Source of the DNA: Candidatus Aminicenantaceae bacterium
Lineage (GTDB): Bacteria; Acidobacteriota; Aminicenantia; Aminicenantales; Aminicenantaceae
Assembly (NCBI GenBank): GCA_036446295.1
Contig: JAZFSR010000121.1
Coordinates: 4,427 to 68,426, forward strand
Length of the DNA: 64,000 nt
Reading direction: 5' to 3'
A program made the translations under genes and the position numbers. Positions within the stretch are counted from its first letter, which is position 1. Every line of letters starts with the position of its first letter. This document shows, piece by piece, positions 46,431 through 56,153 of this stretch. Below the pieces are notes generated by a model. That model did not search any database. It worked only from the letters and a program-made list of their open reading frames with translations, and had not been told where the DNA came from.

Positions 46431-47171
46431 TCACATAAGCATTCCACCATTGATGCCTATGACCTGACCTGTTATATATGCGGCCTCGTCGGAGACCAAA
46501 AATTTGACCAAATGGGCCACTTCCTCTGGCGTTCCAAATCTTTTCATGGGGATGATATCGACAAACGTCTTCTTAATGGAATCAGGAAGCACTTCCGTCA
46601 TGGATGTCGCAATATAGCCCGGAGCAATCGCGTTGACAGTGATCCCCCTTGCCGCTACCTCGCGGGCCAGGGATTTTGTTAATCCAACAACTCCTGCCTT
46701 AGAGGCCGAATAGTTGGCCTGTCCTGCATTCCCCATCAATCCTACGACCGAAGAAAGATTTACGATACGCCCATAACGATTGGAAATCATGTGTCGAATG
46801 ACCGCTTTGCAGAAGTTAAAAACTCCTTTCAGGTTTACGGCCACCACCGCATCCCACTCGTCCTCCTTCATTCTCATCATCAGGTTATCCCGTGTGATTC
46901 CCGCATTGTTAACGATAAAATCGATCTTCTGGAATTTTTCAAGGATGGTCTCAACTGTCTGTCCTACCATGTCGAAGTTAGACACATCCACACAGTAGGC
47001 CGCCGCTTTCCCGTCGGCCTTCTTTATTTTGTCCACGACCTTTTCGAGTTTATCTTTTTGGACATCAATCAGAATGACCTCGGCTTTCTCTCTGGCAAGT
47101 TCAAGGGCCAATGATTCTCCAATCCCTTGAGAGGCTCCGGTGACAATTCCAACCTTGTTTTCCAAGGACAT
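46431..47171 (-). CDS. fabG: 3-oxoacyl-[ACP] reductase
   Basis: SDR family, GIVTGASQGIG… and YSASKAG motifs. The Met at 47171 starts the Rossmann fold; the upstream extension in the ORF track overlaps plsX. Confidence 0.92.
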   Translation of the reverse strand: MSLENKVGIVTGASQGIGESLALELAREKAEVILIDVQKDKLEKVVDKIKKADGKAAAYCVDVSNFDMVGQTVETILEKFQKIDFIVNNAGITRDNLMMRMKEDEWDAVVAVNLKGVFNFCKAVIRHMISNRYGRIVNLSSVVGLMGNAGQANYSASKAGVVGLTKSLAREVAARGITVNAIAPGYIATSMTEVLPDSIKKTFVDIIPMKRFGTPEEVAHLVKFLVSDEAAYITGQVIGINGGMLM

Positions 47172-47172
47172 G

Positions 47173-48189
47173 TTATACTTTCGCTCCCAAAGAGGGATGA
47201 AGACCTCGGCCCAACTCAATCTGTATTTTTTCCTGCACTCTTTGCAAGACAAACTCCCGGGCCATACGAACAGCATTCTTGACTGCTATGGGATTGGAAC
47301 GTCCGTGTCCGATGATACAGACACCATTCAGGCCGAGAAGATGCGCTCCTCCATACTCGGTATAATCTATCTTTTTATACAGCTTCTTGACATTCCTTTT
47401 CATAAGAACAAATCCGATTTTGGCAAAGAGGTTTTTCATGATCTCGGTCCGGGCCATATTGAAAAAGGTTTCCACCACCCCTTCGCTCACCTTGAGAGCA
47501 ATGTTTCCCGTAAACCCATCACTGACAATGACATCAGCCTGGCCTGAATAAATGTCCTTCCCCTCTATATTGCCGATAAAGTTTAAAGACGAGGCCACCA
47601 GCCGTTCGTGGACCTCCTTAGTCAGATCGTTTCCTTTCGTCTCTTCCTCCCCAACGCTCATGAGCGCAACCCGGGGATTTTTCAGCTTCATAACGGATTC
47701 CATAAACACATGCCCCATCACAGCAAACTGCACCAGGTGTTGAGGTTTGCAGTTGACATTGGCTCCGACGTCCGTCAGAAGAGTCAATCCTTTAAGCGTG
47801 GGGACCAGAAGGGAAAGAGCCGGCCTCTCCACTCCCGGCAGGGCTCCTAAAACTTTTTTTGATATGTACACAACGGCAGCCGTATTTCCCGTGCTGACAA
47901 AGGCATCGGCTTCCTTGGATTTGACCAACTCAGTTCCGATACGAATGGAAGATTTTTTCTTTTTGCGGATAGACAAGAGCCCCTCCTCCATATCAATGGA
48001 TTCGGAGGCATTGATAATGGTCACGTTTGCTTTGGAATAGGGAAGCTTGTCAAGCTCTTTTTTAATCAGGTCCTCAACGCCTACAAGAATGACTTCAGCC
48101 TGGTATTCCAGAGAAGCCCTGATGGCGCCTTCAACAATAACTCCGGGCCCATGGTCACCACCCATCGCATCTACTGCAACCTTCATCAT
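47173..48189 (-). CDS. plsX: Phosphate acyltransferase PlsX
   Basis: 338 aa, MMKVAVDAMGGDHGP…, the typical PlsX. Confidence 0.9.
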   Translation of the reverse strand: MMKVAVDAMGGDHGPGVIVEGAIRASLEYQAEVILVGVEDLIKKELDKLPYSKANVTIINASESIDMEEGLLSIRKKKKSSIRIGTELVKSKEADAFVSTGNTAAVVYISKKVLGALPGVERPALSLLVPTLKGLTLLTDVGANVNCKPQHLVQFAVMGHVFMESVMKLKNPRVALMSVGEEETKGNDLTKEVHERLVASSLNFIGNIEGKDIYSGQADVIVSDGFTGNIALKVSEGVVETFFNMARTEIMKNLFAKIGFVLMKRNVKKLYKKIDYTEYGGAHLLGLNGVCIIGHGRSNPIAVKNAVRMAREFVLQRVQEKIQIELGRGLHPSLGAKV

Positions 48190-48201
48190 CCCCTTCCTAT
48201 A

Positions 48202-48384
48202 TCACTCTTCAGTGCCTTCGATCACCTGTCGACCGTTGTAAAAACCGCAGTCCGGGCAGGCCCTGTGGGGAAGTTTCGGATTCCCACAGTTTGAACAAAG
48301 GGACAGGGGGGGAACCTCTAGGGCATCATGTGCGCGTCTCTTCTTTTTTCTTGAATGAGAATGTCTTCGTTTTGGATTTGCCAT
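48202..48384 (-). CDS. rpmF: 50S ribosomal protein L32
   Basis: 60 aa, MANPKRRHSHSRKKKRRAH…C..C…C..C zinc ribbon. Confidence 0.92.
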   Translation of the reverse strand: MANPKRRHSHSRKKKRRAHDALEVPPLSLCSNCGNPKLPHRACPDCGFYNGRQVIEGTEE

Positions 48385-48903
48385 TTATCTTTTATCTCTC
48401 AAAAATATTTTAAATTTATCCAGGAGAATATCAGAATCTTGTGTAACACAGTGGCAGTCCCCATCCTTCTCGACCTTCCCGCAGACAGGGCAAAGCCCCT
48501 GGCAGTTTTTTTCACACAGCGGCTTGACCGGAAAGGTAAGGTTGATCTGCTCCAGTACCACATCGAGAAGATCTATGACAGGGTTTATATAGAAAAACCT
48601 GCTCATGTCCCCTTCCTCTAACTGGTCTCCCAGCTCTTCAAGCTCCTCGGGGAGATAGACAAGATCGAACAAGGAATCCACTGGCATTTCATAGGGCGAA
48701 AGACACCGGCTGCAGATAAAGCTGAGCTGGGTCGTAATCCTCCCTTTGATAAAAATTTCATCCTGGATTCTTTTTATAGAGATATCCGCATGAACCGGTT
48801 TGCGGAAAACCACGTTTTCGTCCAACAGATCCGTGCTGAGAAATTCAAAATTTTTGCTGATTTTCAGCTCTTTTTCGTTTAATCTAGCTATCTCTATAAT
48901 CAT
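48385..48903 (-). CDS. yceD: YceD/DUF177 family protein
   Basis: 172 aa with C-terminal CxxC…CxxC; sits directly upstream of rpmF, its conserved partner. Confidence 0.85.
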   Translation of the reverse strand: MIIEIARLNEKELKISKNFEFLSTDLLDENVVFRKPVHADISIKRIQDEIFIKGRITTQLSFICSRCLSPYEMPVDSLFDLVYLPEELEELGDQLEEGDMSRFFYINPVIDLLDVVLEQINLTFPVKPLCEKNCQGLCPVCGKVEKDGDCHCVTQDSDILLDKFKIFLRDKR

Positions 48904-48996
48904 ATTTTAGGCTCTTTGGAAAAAAGTTAACTTATTATACCATCTTACCTTAGTTTGTCAATAATGCAGATATCCATTTCATCCTAAGAGTTCCGC

Positions 48997-49024
48997 TTGA
49001 AATCGCTGGAAAGAGACGTATAAT
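48997..49024 (+). promoter_or_regulatory. Candidate sigma70 promoter TTGAAA-16-TATAAT upstream of small ORF/polA
   Basis: Near-consensus hexamers with 16-nt spacing, 25 nt before the ATG at 49049. Confidence 0.45.
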
Positions 49025-49048
49025 AGGAAAAAACGAGCAGGAAAAAAT

Positions 49049-49300
49049 ATGGCAGGATTTAACACAAAAATCGAACACAAAGGCGTCACCTATATTGTTC
49101 AAACACAGGACCTTGGAAACCCTTCTCATTGTATCGAATCCCTCATCTACAAATCCGGGAAAGCTCTTTCTCCTCGAAAATATTTCTACTCACAACTCTT
49201 GAACAGCCCCAGACTCCAAGAACGTATCGATCAACTCCTCGAACAAGAGCATAAGGCCGCCATCAAAACCATTACAGACGGGCGGTTCGACCACGCTTAA
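49049..49300 (+). CDS. Small hypothetical protein (83 aa)
   Basis: Only ORF in the 414-nt yceD-polA intergenic region, downstream of a strong promoter-like element. No family recognised. Confidence 0.4.
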   Translation: MAGFNTKIEHKGVTYIVQTQDLGNPSHCIESLIYKSGKALSPRKYFYSQLLNSPRLQERIDQLLEQEHKAAIKTITDGRFDHA

Positions 49301-49317
49301 TTCATCCGTGAAAAAAA

Positions 49318-51993
49318 ATGGCTGAAAAAACGATTCTTCTGATCGATGGAAACTCTCTCCTCTACCGTTCTTTTTATGCGATCAAGAATCTCTCCAATTC
49401 AAAGGGATTTCCGACCAACGCTATTTTTGGCTTTCTCTCATCACTGCACAAGTTTATGGACCAACACAATCCTGATTCACTGGGAGTTGTCTTTGATACA
49501 AAAGGGCCGACCATTCGTCACCTGGCATTTAAAGAATACAAGGCCCACCGTAAACCGATGCCCGATGATCTGGTCATTCAGCTCCCCATGTTGAAGAAAA
49601 TATTGAAGGCCTTGAACATTCCGATTCTCGAAAAAAAAAAATACGAAGCCGACGACATTCTCGGCAGCCTCGCCCGCATCATTCCCTCACACAATCTCCA
49701 TACAATAATTGTTACGACCGATAAAGATCTGCTCCAACTCGTTGACAAAAACACCTCCGTCTACAACAACTCTAAAGACCTGCTTCTCAATGAAGACGGA
49801 GTAGAAAAGACGTTTGGCGTTCCTCCGTCTAAAATTATTGATGTCCTTGCCCTCTGGGGCGATGCTTCTGACAATATCCCGGGAGTCCCTGGAATTGGAG
49901 AAAAAACGTCAAAGGCGCTTATTAACCAGTTCGGCTCCATCGATGAACTGCTGGACAATCTCGGCCGTGTCGAAAAAATTGGCCTCAGGAAAAATATCAC
50001 AGAAAATCTGGCCCAACTGCAGCTTAGCCGGTGGCTGGTGACCATTGAAATAAATCTTGACATACCATTTGATCCGGAAGATTTCGTCCTCAAGGAACCT
50101 AACTATGCAGCGCTGATCCCTCTTCTTCAGGAAATGGAATTTTACTCTCTTCTTTCGGAGTACCTAACGAAGTCCGATCAAAAAGACAAGGACTACGCCA
50201 TCATTTGGGAAGAGACTCAACTCAAAGAGCTTGTGGATAAAATAAAAAAGGCCAAACGCATGGCCTTGGACACGGAAACGGACAGCCCTTTTCCCACCCG
50301 GGCCAACTTGGTGGGGATGTCATTTGCGATAGAAAAACACAAAGCGTATTATCTTCCCCTCGGTCACGACTACCCTGATGCTCCCGCTCAAATCTCGAAG
50401 AAGCGGGCCTTTTCTCTCCTTTCCGAGATCCTTGCCGATCCAGAAATTAAAAAAATCGGCCAGAACATCAAATACGATGCCATCGTGCTTAAGAGAGCAG
50501 GACTCCCTGTTGAAGGGATCGATTTAGACACAATGGTCCTCTCCTATCTACTGGAGCCGAATTGGGGAAAGCACAATCTGAACCGACTCGCCCTGTCCTA
50601 TCTTCAGATCAAAACCATTCCCTTTCAGGATATCGCAGGAAAGGGCAAGGAGGAAAAAACACTCAATGCCGTCGATATCCAAAGGGTCGCTCCCTATGCC
50701 TGCCAGGACGCAGATTTAGCCCTCGATCTGAGCGACTGTCTCTGGCCTCGTGTGAAGGATCAAAAATTGGAATCTCTCTACCGGCAGATCGAACTGCCTC
50801 TTATTCCCATCCTTTCCGACATGGAAATGCAGGGGATTAGAATCGATTCTTCCGCTTTAAAAAAACTTTCCATGGAACTCCATGAAGACCTGGAGAGGCT
50901 CAAGATAAAAATATTTTCGGTCAGCGGAGAAGAATTTAATCTCAATTCACCGCAGCAGCTGGCTCATATCCTTTTCGAAAAACTCAAGCTGCCCCCATCT
51001 CGTAAAACGAAAATCACAAAAGGGTATTCGACAAGCTCCAGCATCTTGCAGGAACTTTCCCGGAACTTCCCTGTGGCTAAACATGCGCTGGAATATAGGC
51101 AGCTGGCCAAACTCAAGTCCACATATGCCGACGCTCTTCCCCTGCTCATCAATCCCGAAACAGGCCGCATTCATACCTCCTACAACCAGACTGTGGCGGC
51201 GACAGGACGCCTGTCCAGCTCTGATCCCAATCTTCAAAATATCCCGATCCGGGGAGAGCTTGGCCCACGGTTCCGGCAGGCCTTTATCCCAGCAGAAGGC
51301 CATCTCTTCCTTTCCGCAGACTATTCCCAGATTGAACTTCGCGTCCTGGCTCATCTTTCCAAAGACAAAGCCCTTATCGAGACTTTCCTTAAAGACCAGG
51401 ATATTCACTTGGAAACCGCCAATCGTGTATTTGGTCCTGCGTCCTCTCTTTTCGATGACGAGCAGCGGCGGCGGGCCAAGATCATCAATTTCAGCATGAT
51501 TTACGGTGCCTCGGCCTTTTCTATAGCAAAAGAGCTGGGGACAACAACTGCCGAAGCCCAACAGTTCATCGATATGTATTTTGAAAAATATCCGAACGTC
51601 CGCGACTTTCTCGAAAAAAGTGTAGAAGACGCCAAAAAGAGAGGTTATTCCGAGACCCTCTTCGGTAGAAAACGCCAAATCCCCGAGCTCTTGCAGGGCG
51701 ACCATATGACTCAACAGATCGGCCGCCGCATTGCACTCAACACTCCTATTCAAGGGACCGCCGCCGACCTCATAAAAAAAGCCATGATCGATGTCTGGAA
51801 GGAACTTCGACGGCGTTCATTGAAGAGTAAAATGATTCTTCAGGTCCATGATGAACTGGTGTTCGAAGTCCCAGATGATGAACAGGAAGCTATGGAAGAT
51901 CTTGTAAAGAAGAAGATGGAGAAGGTCTGTCCTCTCGAGGTTCCTCTAAAGGTCCATCTCGGCTGGGGAGTAAACTGGGCCGAGGCCAAATAA
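49318..51993 (+). CDS. polA: DNA polymerase I
   Basis: 891 aa with a 5'-3' exonuclease domain, a 3'-5' exonuclease domain and a family A polymerase domain (…RRRAKIINFSMIYG…, …QVHDELVFE…). Confidence 0.95.
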   Translation: MAEKTILLIDGNSLLYRSFYAIKNLSNSKGFPTNAIFGFLSSLHKFMDQHNPDSLGVVFDTKGPTIRHLAFKEYKAHRKPMPDDLVIQLPMLKKILKALNIPILEKKKYEADDILGSLARIIPSHNLHTIIVTTDKDLLQLVDKNTSVYNNSKDLLLNEDGVEKTFGVPPSKIIDVLALWGDASDNIPGVPGIGEKTSKALINQFGSIDELLDNLGRVEKIGLRKNITENLAQLQLSRWLVTIEINLDIPFDPEDFVLKEPNYAALIPLLQEMEFYSLLSEYLTKSDQKDKDYAIIWEETQLKELVDKIKKAKRMALDTETDSPFPTRANLVGMSFAIEKHKAYYLPLGHDYPDAPAQISKKRAFSLLSEILADPEIKKIGQNIKYDAIVLKRAGLPVEGIDLDTMVLSYLLEPNWGKHNLNRLALSYLQIKTIPFQDIAGKGKEEKTLNAVDIQRVAPYACQDADLALDLSDCLWPRVKDQKLESLYRQIELPLIPILSDMEMQGIRIDSSALKKLSMELHEDLERLKIKIFSVSGEEFNLNSPQQLAHILFEKLKLPPSRKTKITKGYSTSSSILQELSRNFPVAKHALEYRQLAKLKSTYADALPLLINPETGRIHTSYNQTVAATGRLSSSDPNLQNIPIRGELGPRFRQAFIPAEGHLFLSADYSQIELRVLAHLSKDKALIETFLKDQDIHLETANRVFGPASSLFDDEQRRRAKIINFSMIYGASAFSIAKELGTTTAEAQQFIDMYFEKYPNVRDFLEKSVEDAKKRGYSETLFGRKRQIPELLQGDHMTQQIGRRIALNTPIQGTAADLIKKAMIDVWKELRRRSLKSKMILQVHDELVFEVPDDEQEAMEDLVKKKMEKVCPLEVPLKVHLGWGVNWAEAK

Positions 51994-52879
51994 AAATAAT
52001 CACTCCAAAAAGATAGATCAAAACCCATCCGACAATTTGCGAACTGGCCACGATAGGAGCGTTCACTCCGAGTAGGCCATAAAGATAAATCCCCATAGCC
52101 TGGCGTATTCCCAACCCGTTTACGGAGATTGGAATGAGGGCTGAAAATGTTTCCATGGTGCTGATCTGGAGAATTTTGAACACCAAAATCCGGACGTTCA
52201 GCCCGACAGAAAAAATAAAGTAATTCATCAGGGCTATAGAGCCAAATCCCAGAAGTTTTATTCCCAAGCTTACAACCAGTAATCCTCTGTGTTTCCGGAA
52301 GTACGAGGAAAAGGCAGAAAAAAATCCTGCAAACCGCTCCCTGGTTTTCTCAGGAAGAATCTTCCGGATTATTTTCTGGCCGAATGCAGAAAGGAGAAAA
52401 AACACAAAGCCACCCAAAACAGCCACGAGAAGGAGAAATAACTGAACGGCCACCCAAAAAGAAAAAAAAGTGAAAAATCCTGTTGAAGCAATCATCCCAA
52501 GGGCAAAAACGGTCACCGTTTTTCCCGTGACAAAAAACGCCGTCCCCTGACCAACTGCAATATCCCGCTTTTTCAAATAATACACGATGGACACTTCCCC
52601 GAGTTTTCCCGGCAGGAATAATCCGATGGCCCAGGATGGGAAGTAACAGGGCAAAAATTCACGGAAAGACAATGGGGAAAAAGCCCGCAGAAGCACCCAC
52701 GACCCCAGAGAAGACAGGCCTAAAAAGATCACAAAAAATCCTACGGCTAAAGGAAGTGCCCAGAGGTTCAAATGAGCCAGGCTCTCCACAATTTTATCAA
52801 AGCCAATCTTAAAAAAAAGGCCGAAGAGAATAAGCCCTCCAAAAAGAATTCTCGCCAGGATTTTAATTTTGTTCTTCAT
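51890..52879 (-). CDS. Flippase-like/LPG synthase TM-region family membrane protein (UPF0104)
   Basis: 329 aa with ~8 predicted TM helices and a conserved …GKLGEVSIVYYL… region. Its 3' end overlaps polA convergently. Confidence 0.65.
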   Translation of the reverse strand: MKNKIKILARILFGGLILFGLFFKIGFDKIVESLAHLNLWALPLAVGFFVIFLGLSSLGSWVLLRAFSPLSFREFLPCYFPSWAIGLFLPGKLGEVSIVYYLKKRDIAVGQGTAFFVTGKTVTVFALGMIASTGFFTFFSFWVAVQLFLLLVAVLGGFVFFLLSAFGQKIIRKILPEKTRERFAGFFSAFSSYFRKHRGLLVVSLGIKLLGFGSIALMNYFIFSVGLNVRILVFKILQISTMETFSALIPISVNGLGIRQAMGIYLYGLLGVNAPIVASSQIVGWVLIYLFGVIIFIWPRPSLLPSRDGPLEEPREDRPSPSSSLQDLP

Positions 52880-53028
52880 GACATAGCTTTAAGTCCCATC
52901 CTGGTAACAGCTTATCCATAAAGGGAAAAAGCGTCAAATGAAAATTTTTCACTATTTTTATCAATTATCCTGGTTAGCAAATATAGATTCAATTATCTAT
53001 AATGATTATTCATTCAAAACTTAAAACA

Positions 53029-54033
53029 ATGCTTAGAAAAAAACAGTCTTCTGAGGCCGGCACAAAACCAATTCTTCTCAAAGCCGCTGTCTTTGTCCTG
53101 ACCGCCTCTCTCCTGAGTTTTATCCAATTGAGGGTTGCCCGGCCTATGCTTATGGCAGAACGTTTTTTCCCCGGATGGGGGTGGTTCGAAATCTTGGCTT
53201 TATCTCTGTATGCAGTATTTATAGCAGGAAAAATGTTCTCTCCAACGCAGTCTCCCCGGTGGCGGCTAAGTATATGGATGCTCTTTTCCATTGTTTTTTT
53301 CGCCCAGCTTCTGATAGGCCTATTAGGAGTGGATCAGTTTCTGATGACGGGAACGCTCCATATTCCCGTTCCAGCCATGATTGTTGCCGGGCCTCTTTTC
53401 CGCGCCGAGCGATTCTTTATGCCCATCCTCTTTGCCTCCACTGTTTTTCTGGTAGGACCGGCATGGTGCAGCCATCTGTGCTACATCGGTGCATGGGATG
53501 CCGCAGCCTCGGTTCATAAAAATAAGCCGCTGGCTATGCCCAAGTGGAGACACCCCGTTCGGATCGGCATCCTTCTGTTTGTCGCGGCGGTCAGTCTTGT
53601 CCTTCGTTGGATCGGAGTTTCGGCGGTTGCAGCGGGAGGGTTCGGACTGGCTTTTGGCCTTTTTGGGATCGGAATGATTGTCCTCTGGTCGCGAAAATCC
53701 GGAGTGATGACTCACTGCATCACCTTCTGTCCCATTGGGCTTCTGGCTAACTGGTTCGGTCGCCTTTCCCCCTTTCGCATCAGAATCCATCCCAGCTGCA
53801 ATGCATGCGGGGCATGCCGCCCCGTCTGCAGGTATGCCGCTCTGACAGAGAAAGACATTCAAAACAGAACTCCGGGAAAGACCTGCACTCTCTGTGGAGA
53901 CTGCATCAAAAGCTGTAAAGATCAATGGATAGAATACCGTTTTTTCCGCATGTCTCCGGATAGCGCAAGAAAACTTTTTATTGTGCTCATCGTCAGCCTT
54001 CATGCCGTGTTTCTTGGAGTCGCCCGAATATAA
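53029..54033 (+). CDS. Membrane 4Fe-4S binding protein
   Basis: Multiple TM helices followed by CNACGACRPVC…CTLCGDCIKSC. Start placed at the Met downstream of a TATAAT box that overlaps the ORF-track start. Confidence 0.6.
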   Translation: MLRKKQSSEAGTKPILLKAAVFVLTASLLSFIQLRVARPMLMAERFFPGWGWFEILALSLYAVFIAGKMFSPTQSPRWRLSIWMLFSIVFFAQLLIGLLGVDQFLMTGTLHIPVPAMIVAGPLFRAERFFMPILFASTVFLVGPAWCSHLCYIGAWDAAASVHKNKPLAMPKWRHPVRIGILLFVAAVSLVLRWIGVSAVAAGGFGLAFGLFGIGMIVLWSRKSGVMTHCITFCPIGLLANWFGRLSPFRIRIHPSCNACGACRPVCRYAALTEKDIQNRTPGKTCTLCGDCIKSCKDQWIEYRFFRMSPDSARKLFIVLIVSLHAVFLGVARI

Positions 54034-54041
54034 GAATAAAG

Positions 54042-54737
54042 GTGAACAAAATGAAAAAAAACCACATTTTAGCCCTTTGCATCATGATCTCCCTCTTTTC
54101 AATCTCCTGTTTAAAGGAAGACGAAAACATCGCTCTCGACGGGATGTCTCTCGAGGGATTTACGCCTCTCTTCGATGGGCGGTCACTCGAGGGATGGCAT
54201 AGTCTCTCCGATGGTCAGGGAGAGGGAGGATTGTGGATCGTTGAAGACAGGGCCATTGTAGGGGAGCAGGGGCCCAACAGAGAAGGAGGGATTTTGATCA
54301 CACAGACACTCTACAGCCATTATGAAGTCTACATGGAGATCAAGGCGGATTATCCCATCGATTCGGGTCTCTTTCTGCGTATTCAGCCGGAAATATTGTC
54401 CTATCAAGTCACCATCGATTACAGGCCCGAAGGGGAGATTGGCGGCATCTACAGCCCTGGCGGCGGTGGATTTTTAGTCCATACTCCAAATGGAAAAGAT
54501 CTCTGGAAGGCCGAAGAATTCAATGCCGTCCGTGCACGGATCAAGGGCCAGCCCCCTCACATCGAAGCCTGGATCAACGGGACAAAAGTGGTCGATTTCC
54601 AGGATTCTCTTGTCGATGGAAAATCTCGGGTTCCCACGGAGGGCGCCGTGGGGATACAGGTTCACCCGGGAGGAAGCGTGGAGAAGGGAAACAAGGTCAC
54701 CTGCCGTAAGATAATGATAAAAAACCTAATGAATTAA
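54042..54737 (+). CDS. DUF1080 (3-keto-disaccharide hydrolase-like) lipoprotein
   Basis: 231 aa with a lipobox LFSISC. The conserved DUF1080 pattern …WHSLSDGQGEGGLWIVEDRAIVGEQ…GIQVHPGG… is present. Confidence 0.75.
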   Translation: MNKMKKNHILALCIMISLFSISCLKEDENIALDGMSLEGFTPLFDGRSLEGWHSLSDGQGEGGLWIVEDRAIVGEQGPNREGGILITQTLYSHYEVYMEIKADYPIDSGLFLRIQPEILSYQVTIDYRPEGEIGGIYSPGGGGFLVHTPNGKDLWKAEEFNAVRARIKGQPPHIEAWINGTKVVDFQDSLVDGKSRVPTEGAVGIQVHPGGSVEKGNKVTCRKIMIKNLMN

Positions 54738-54747
54738 CTTCTAAGCC

Positions 54748-55872
54748 TTAAAGATTTTTTTGAAAGATGCGGAAGCGTTTATACAACTTTCCTCCTACCC
54801 TGACCATTTCGGCCCGCACTTTCACGTTGGACTCCATTTCATGATGCGTATCCATAACTTCCAACCCGGCTTCATGTGCGGACTGAATCATTTTCAGTCC
54901 CATTAAGCCATCCAAGCCGCGACCTCGGTAACTTTCCTTTATGGCGCCGAGAAGCAGATCAAGCTGTTTCGTCTTCTTGGCTGCCTTTAGGATTTTTATG
55001 AATCCAAACGGCAACAGCCTTCCACGGGCCTTCTGGATGCCTTCTGTAAAATCCGGCATGGCAATGACAAACGCAACAACCTCACCGGAAACAGTCACGG
55101 CCTTAACAAACCTGGGATCAAGTACGGGCATATAGCGTTTGGCCAAAGCCTCCATCTCTTTCTCATCCAGTGGAGTATATCCATAGATATCGCTGGCAGT
55201 GTATGTTTCGTTCATGAGGTGGAGGATGGGTTTAATCCAAGGCTTAAACTCCTTTTTTTTCTTAAACTCAATAATGTTGTAGTCGCCTTTTCTCTTGGCC
55301 CGTTCGTAAATTTTCCGGTAAAACTCCGGTATTTCCTTCGGGACTTCAATCCTGTAGACAAAATAATCGATATCTTTCGAATACCCTTGTTTCTCCACCA
55401 GCCGGGGCATCCACTCATAATTGTAATATGTGGCAATTGTGGCGCGGTTTTCAAAACCCTCAATAAGAAAGCCTTCCGGGTCCTGGTCTGTAAAACCATA
55501 CGGTCCTACAATTTTCGTCATTCCTTGTTTTCGGCCCCACTCCTCAACTCCCTGGAGAAGATTCTTAACAACAGACTCGTCTTCCAGGGCCTCGAGATAG
55601 CCAAATCTGACTGTATTTTCGTTCTTATACTCGTTGTAGCGGTCGTTTATGATACCCATGACCCGGCCTGCGGCTTCTCCGTTTTTGTAGGCCAGGAGCA
55701 AAACCGTCTTACAATAGGCAAAGGCTTTATTCTTTTTCGCATCAAAATATTTCCATTCATCCATGTAGATGGGGTGCACCCAGTTCTTGTGGCCGGCATG
55801 AATCTTTTCCGGAAGATAGATAAATGTTTTTAAATCCTTCCGGGTTTTGACTTCTTTGATAGTTATCTCCAT
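54748..55872 (-). CDS. GNAT-superfamily acyltransferase (374 aa)
   Basis: Resembles the widespread ~370-aa GNAT-family proteins (FemAB-like fold). Assignment is by overall pattern only. Confidence 0.55.
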   Translation of the reverse strand: MEITIKEVKTRKDLKTFIYLPEKIHAGHKNWVHPIYMDEWKYFDAKKNKAFAYCKTVLLLAYKNGEAAGRVMGIINDRYNEYKNENTVRFGYLEALEDESVVKNLLQGVEEWGRKQGMTKIVGPYGFTDQDPEGFLIEGFENRATIATYYNYEWMPRLVEKQGYSKDIDYFVYRIEVPKEIPEFYRKIYERAKRKGDYNIIEFKKKKEFKPWIKPILHLMNETYTASDIYGYTPLDEKEMEALAKRYMPVLDPRFVKAVTVSGEVVAFVIAMPDFTEGIQKARGRLLPFGFIKILKAAKKTKQLDLLLGAIKESYRGRGLDGLMGLKMIQSAHEAGLEVMDTHHEMESNVKVRAEMVRVGGKLYKRFRIFQKNL

Positions 55873-55982
55873 TTTATTTCCTTAAAACATTTCAAGTCGT
55901 GCCTAATTTATCCCAATCCTACACTAAAAATCAATTCCCCCCGTGCACGAGGATAAACAGGCAAGGGGTGGATGGCACAATG

Positions 55983-56048
55983 AATTAAAGGGACATCATA
56001 CTTAATTATCGCTTTAATTCAATAATTAAGTATGATGTCCCTTTAATT
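55983..56048. repeat. Second locus of the 25-nt palindromic unit (1 direct + 1 inverted copy, 16-nt spacer), nested in an outer imperfect inverted repeat CCCCGTGCACGA…TCGTGCCGGGG
   Basis: Exact unit AATTAAAGGGACATCATACTTAATT at 55983-56007 and its reverse complement at 56024-56048. The outer inverted repeat lies at 55938-55950 and 56051-56061. Confidence 0.85.
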
Positions 56049-56088
56049 CATCGTGCCGGGGACCGCTCCTCTCACAACTACATTTGGG

Positions 56089-56117
56089 TTGACACTCAAG
56101 GGCAGAATGAATAAACT
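56089..56117 (+). promoter_or_regulatory. Candidate sigma70 promoter for rnf operon (TTGACA-17-TAAACT)
   Basis: Located 36 nt upstream of the rnfC ATG. Confidence 0.35.
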
Positions 56118-56153
56118 TGAGAATCACAAAAAAAAACAGACACTCGCTTTCAC

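Noticed and set aside
50947-51753. 268-aa minus-strand ORF
   Set aside because: Antisense to the polA polymerase domain.
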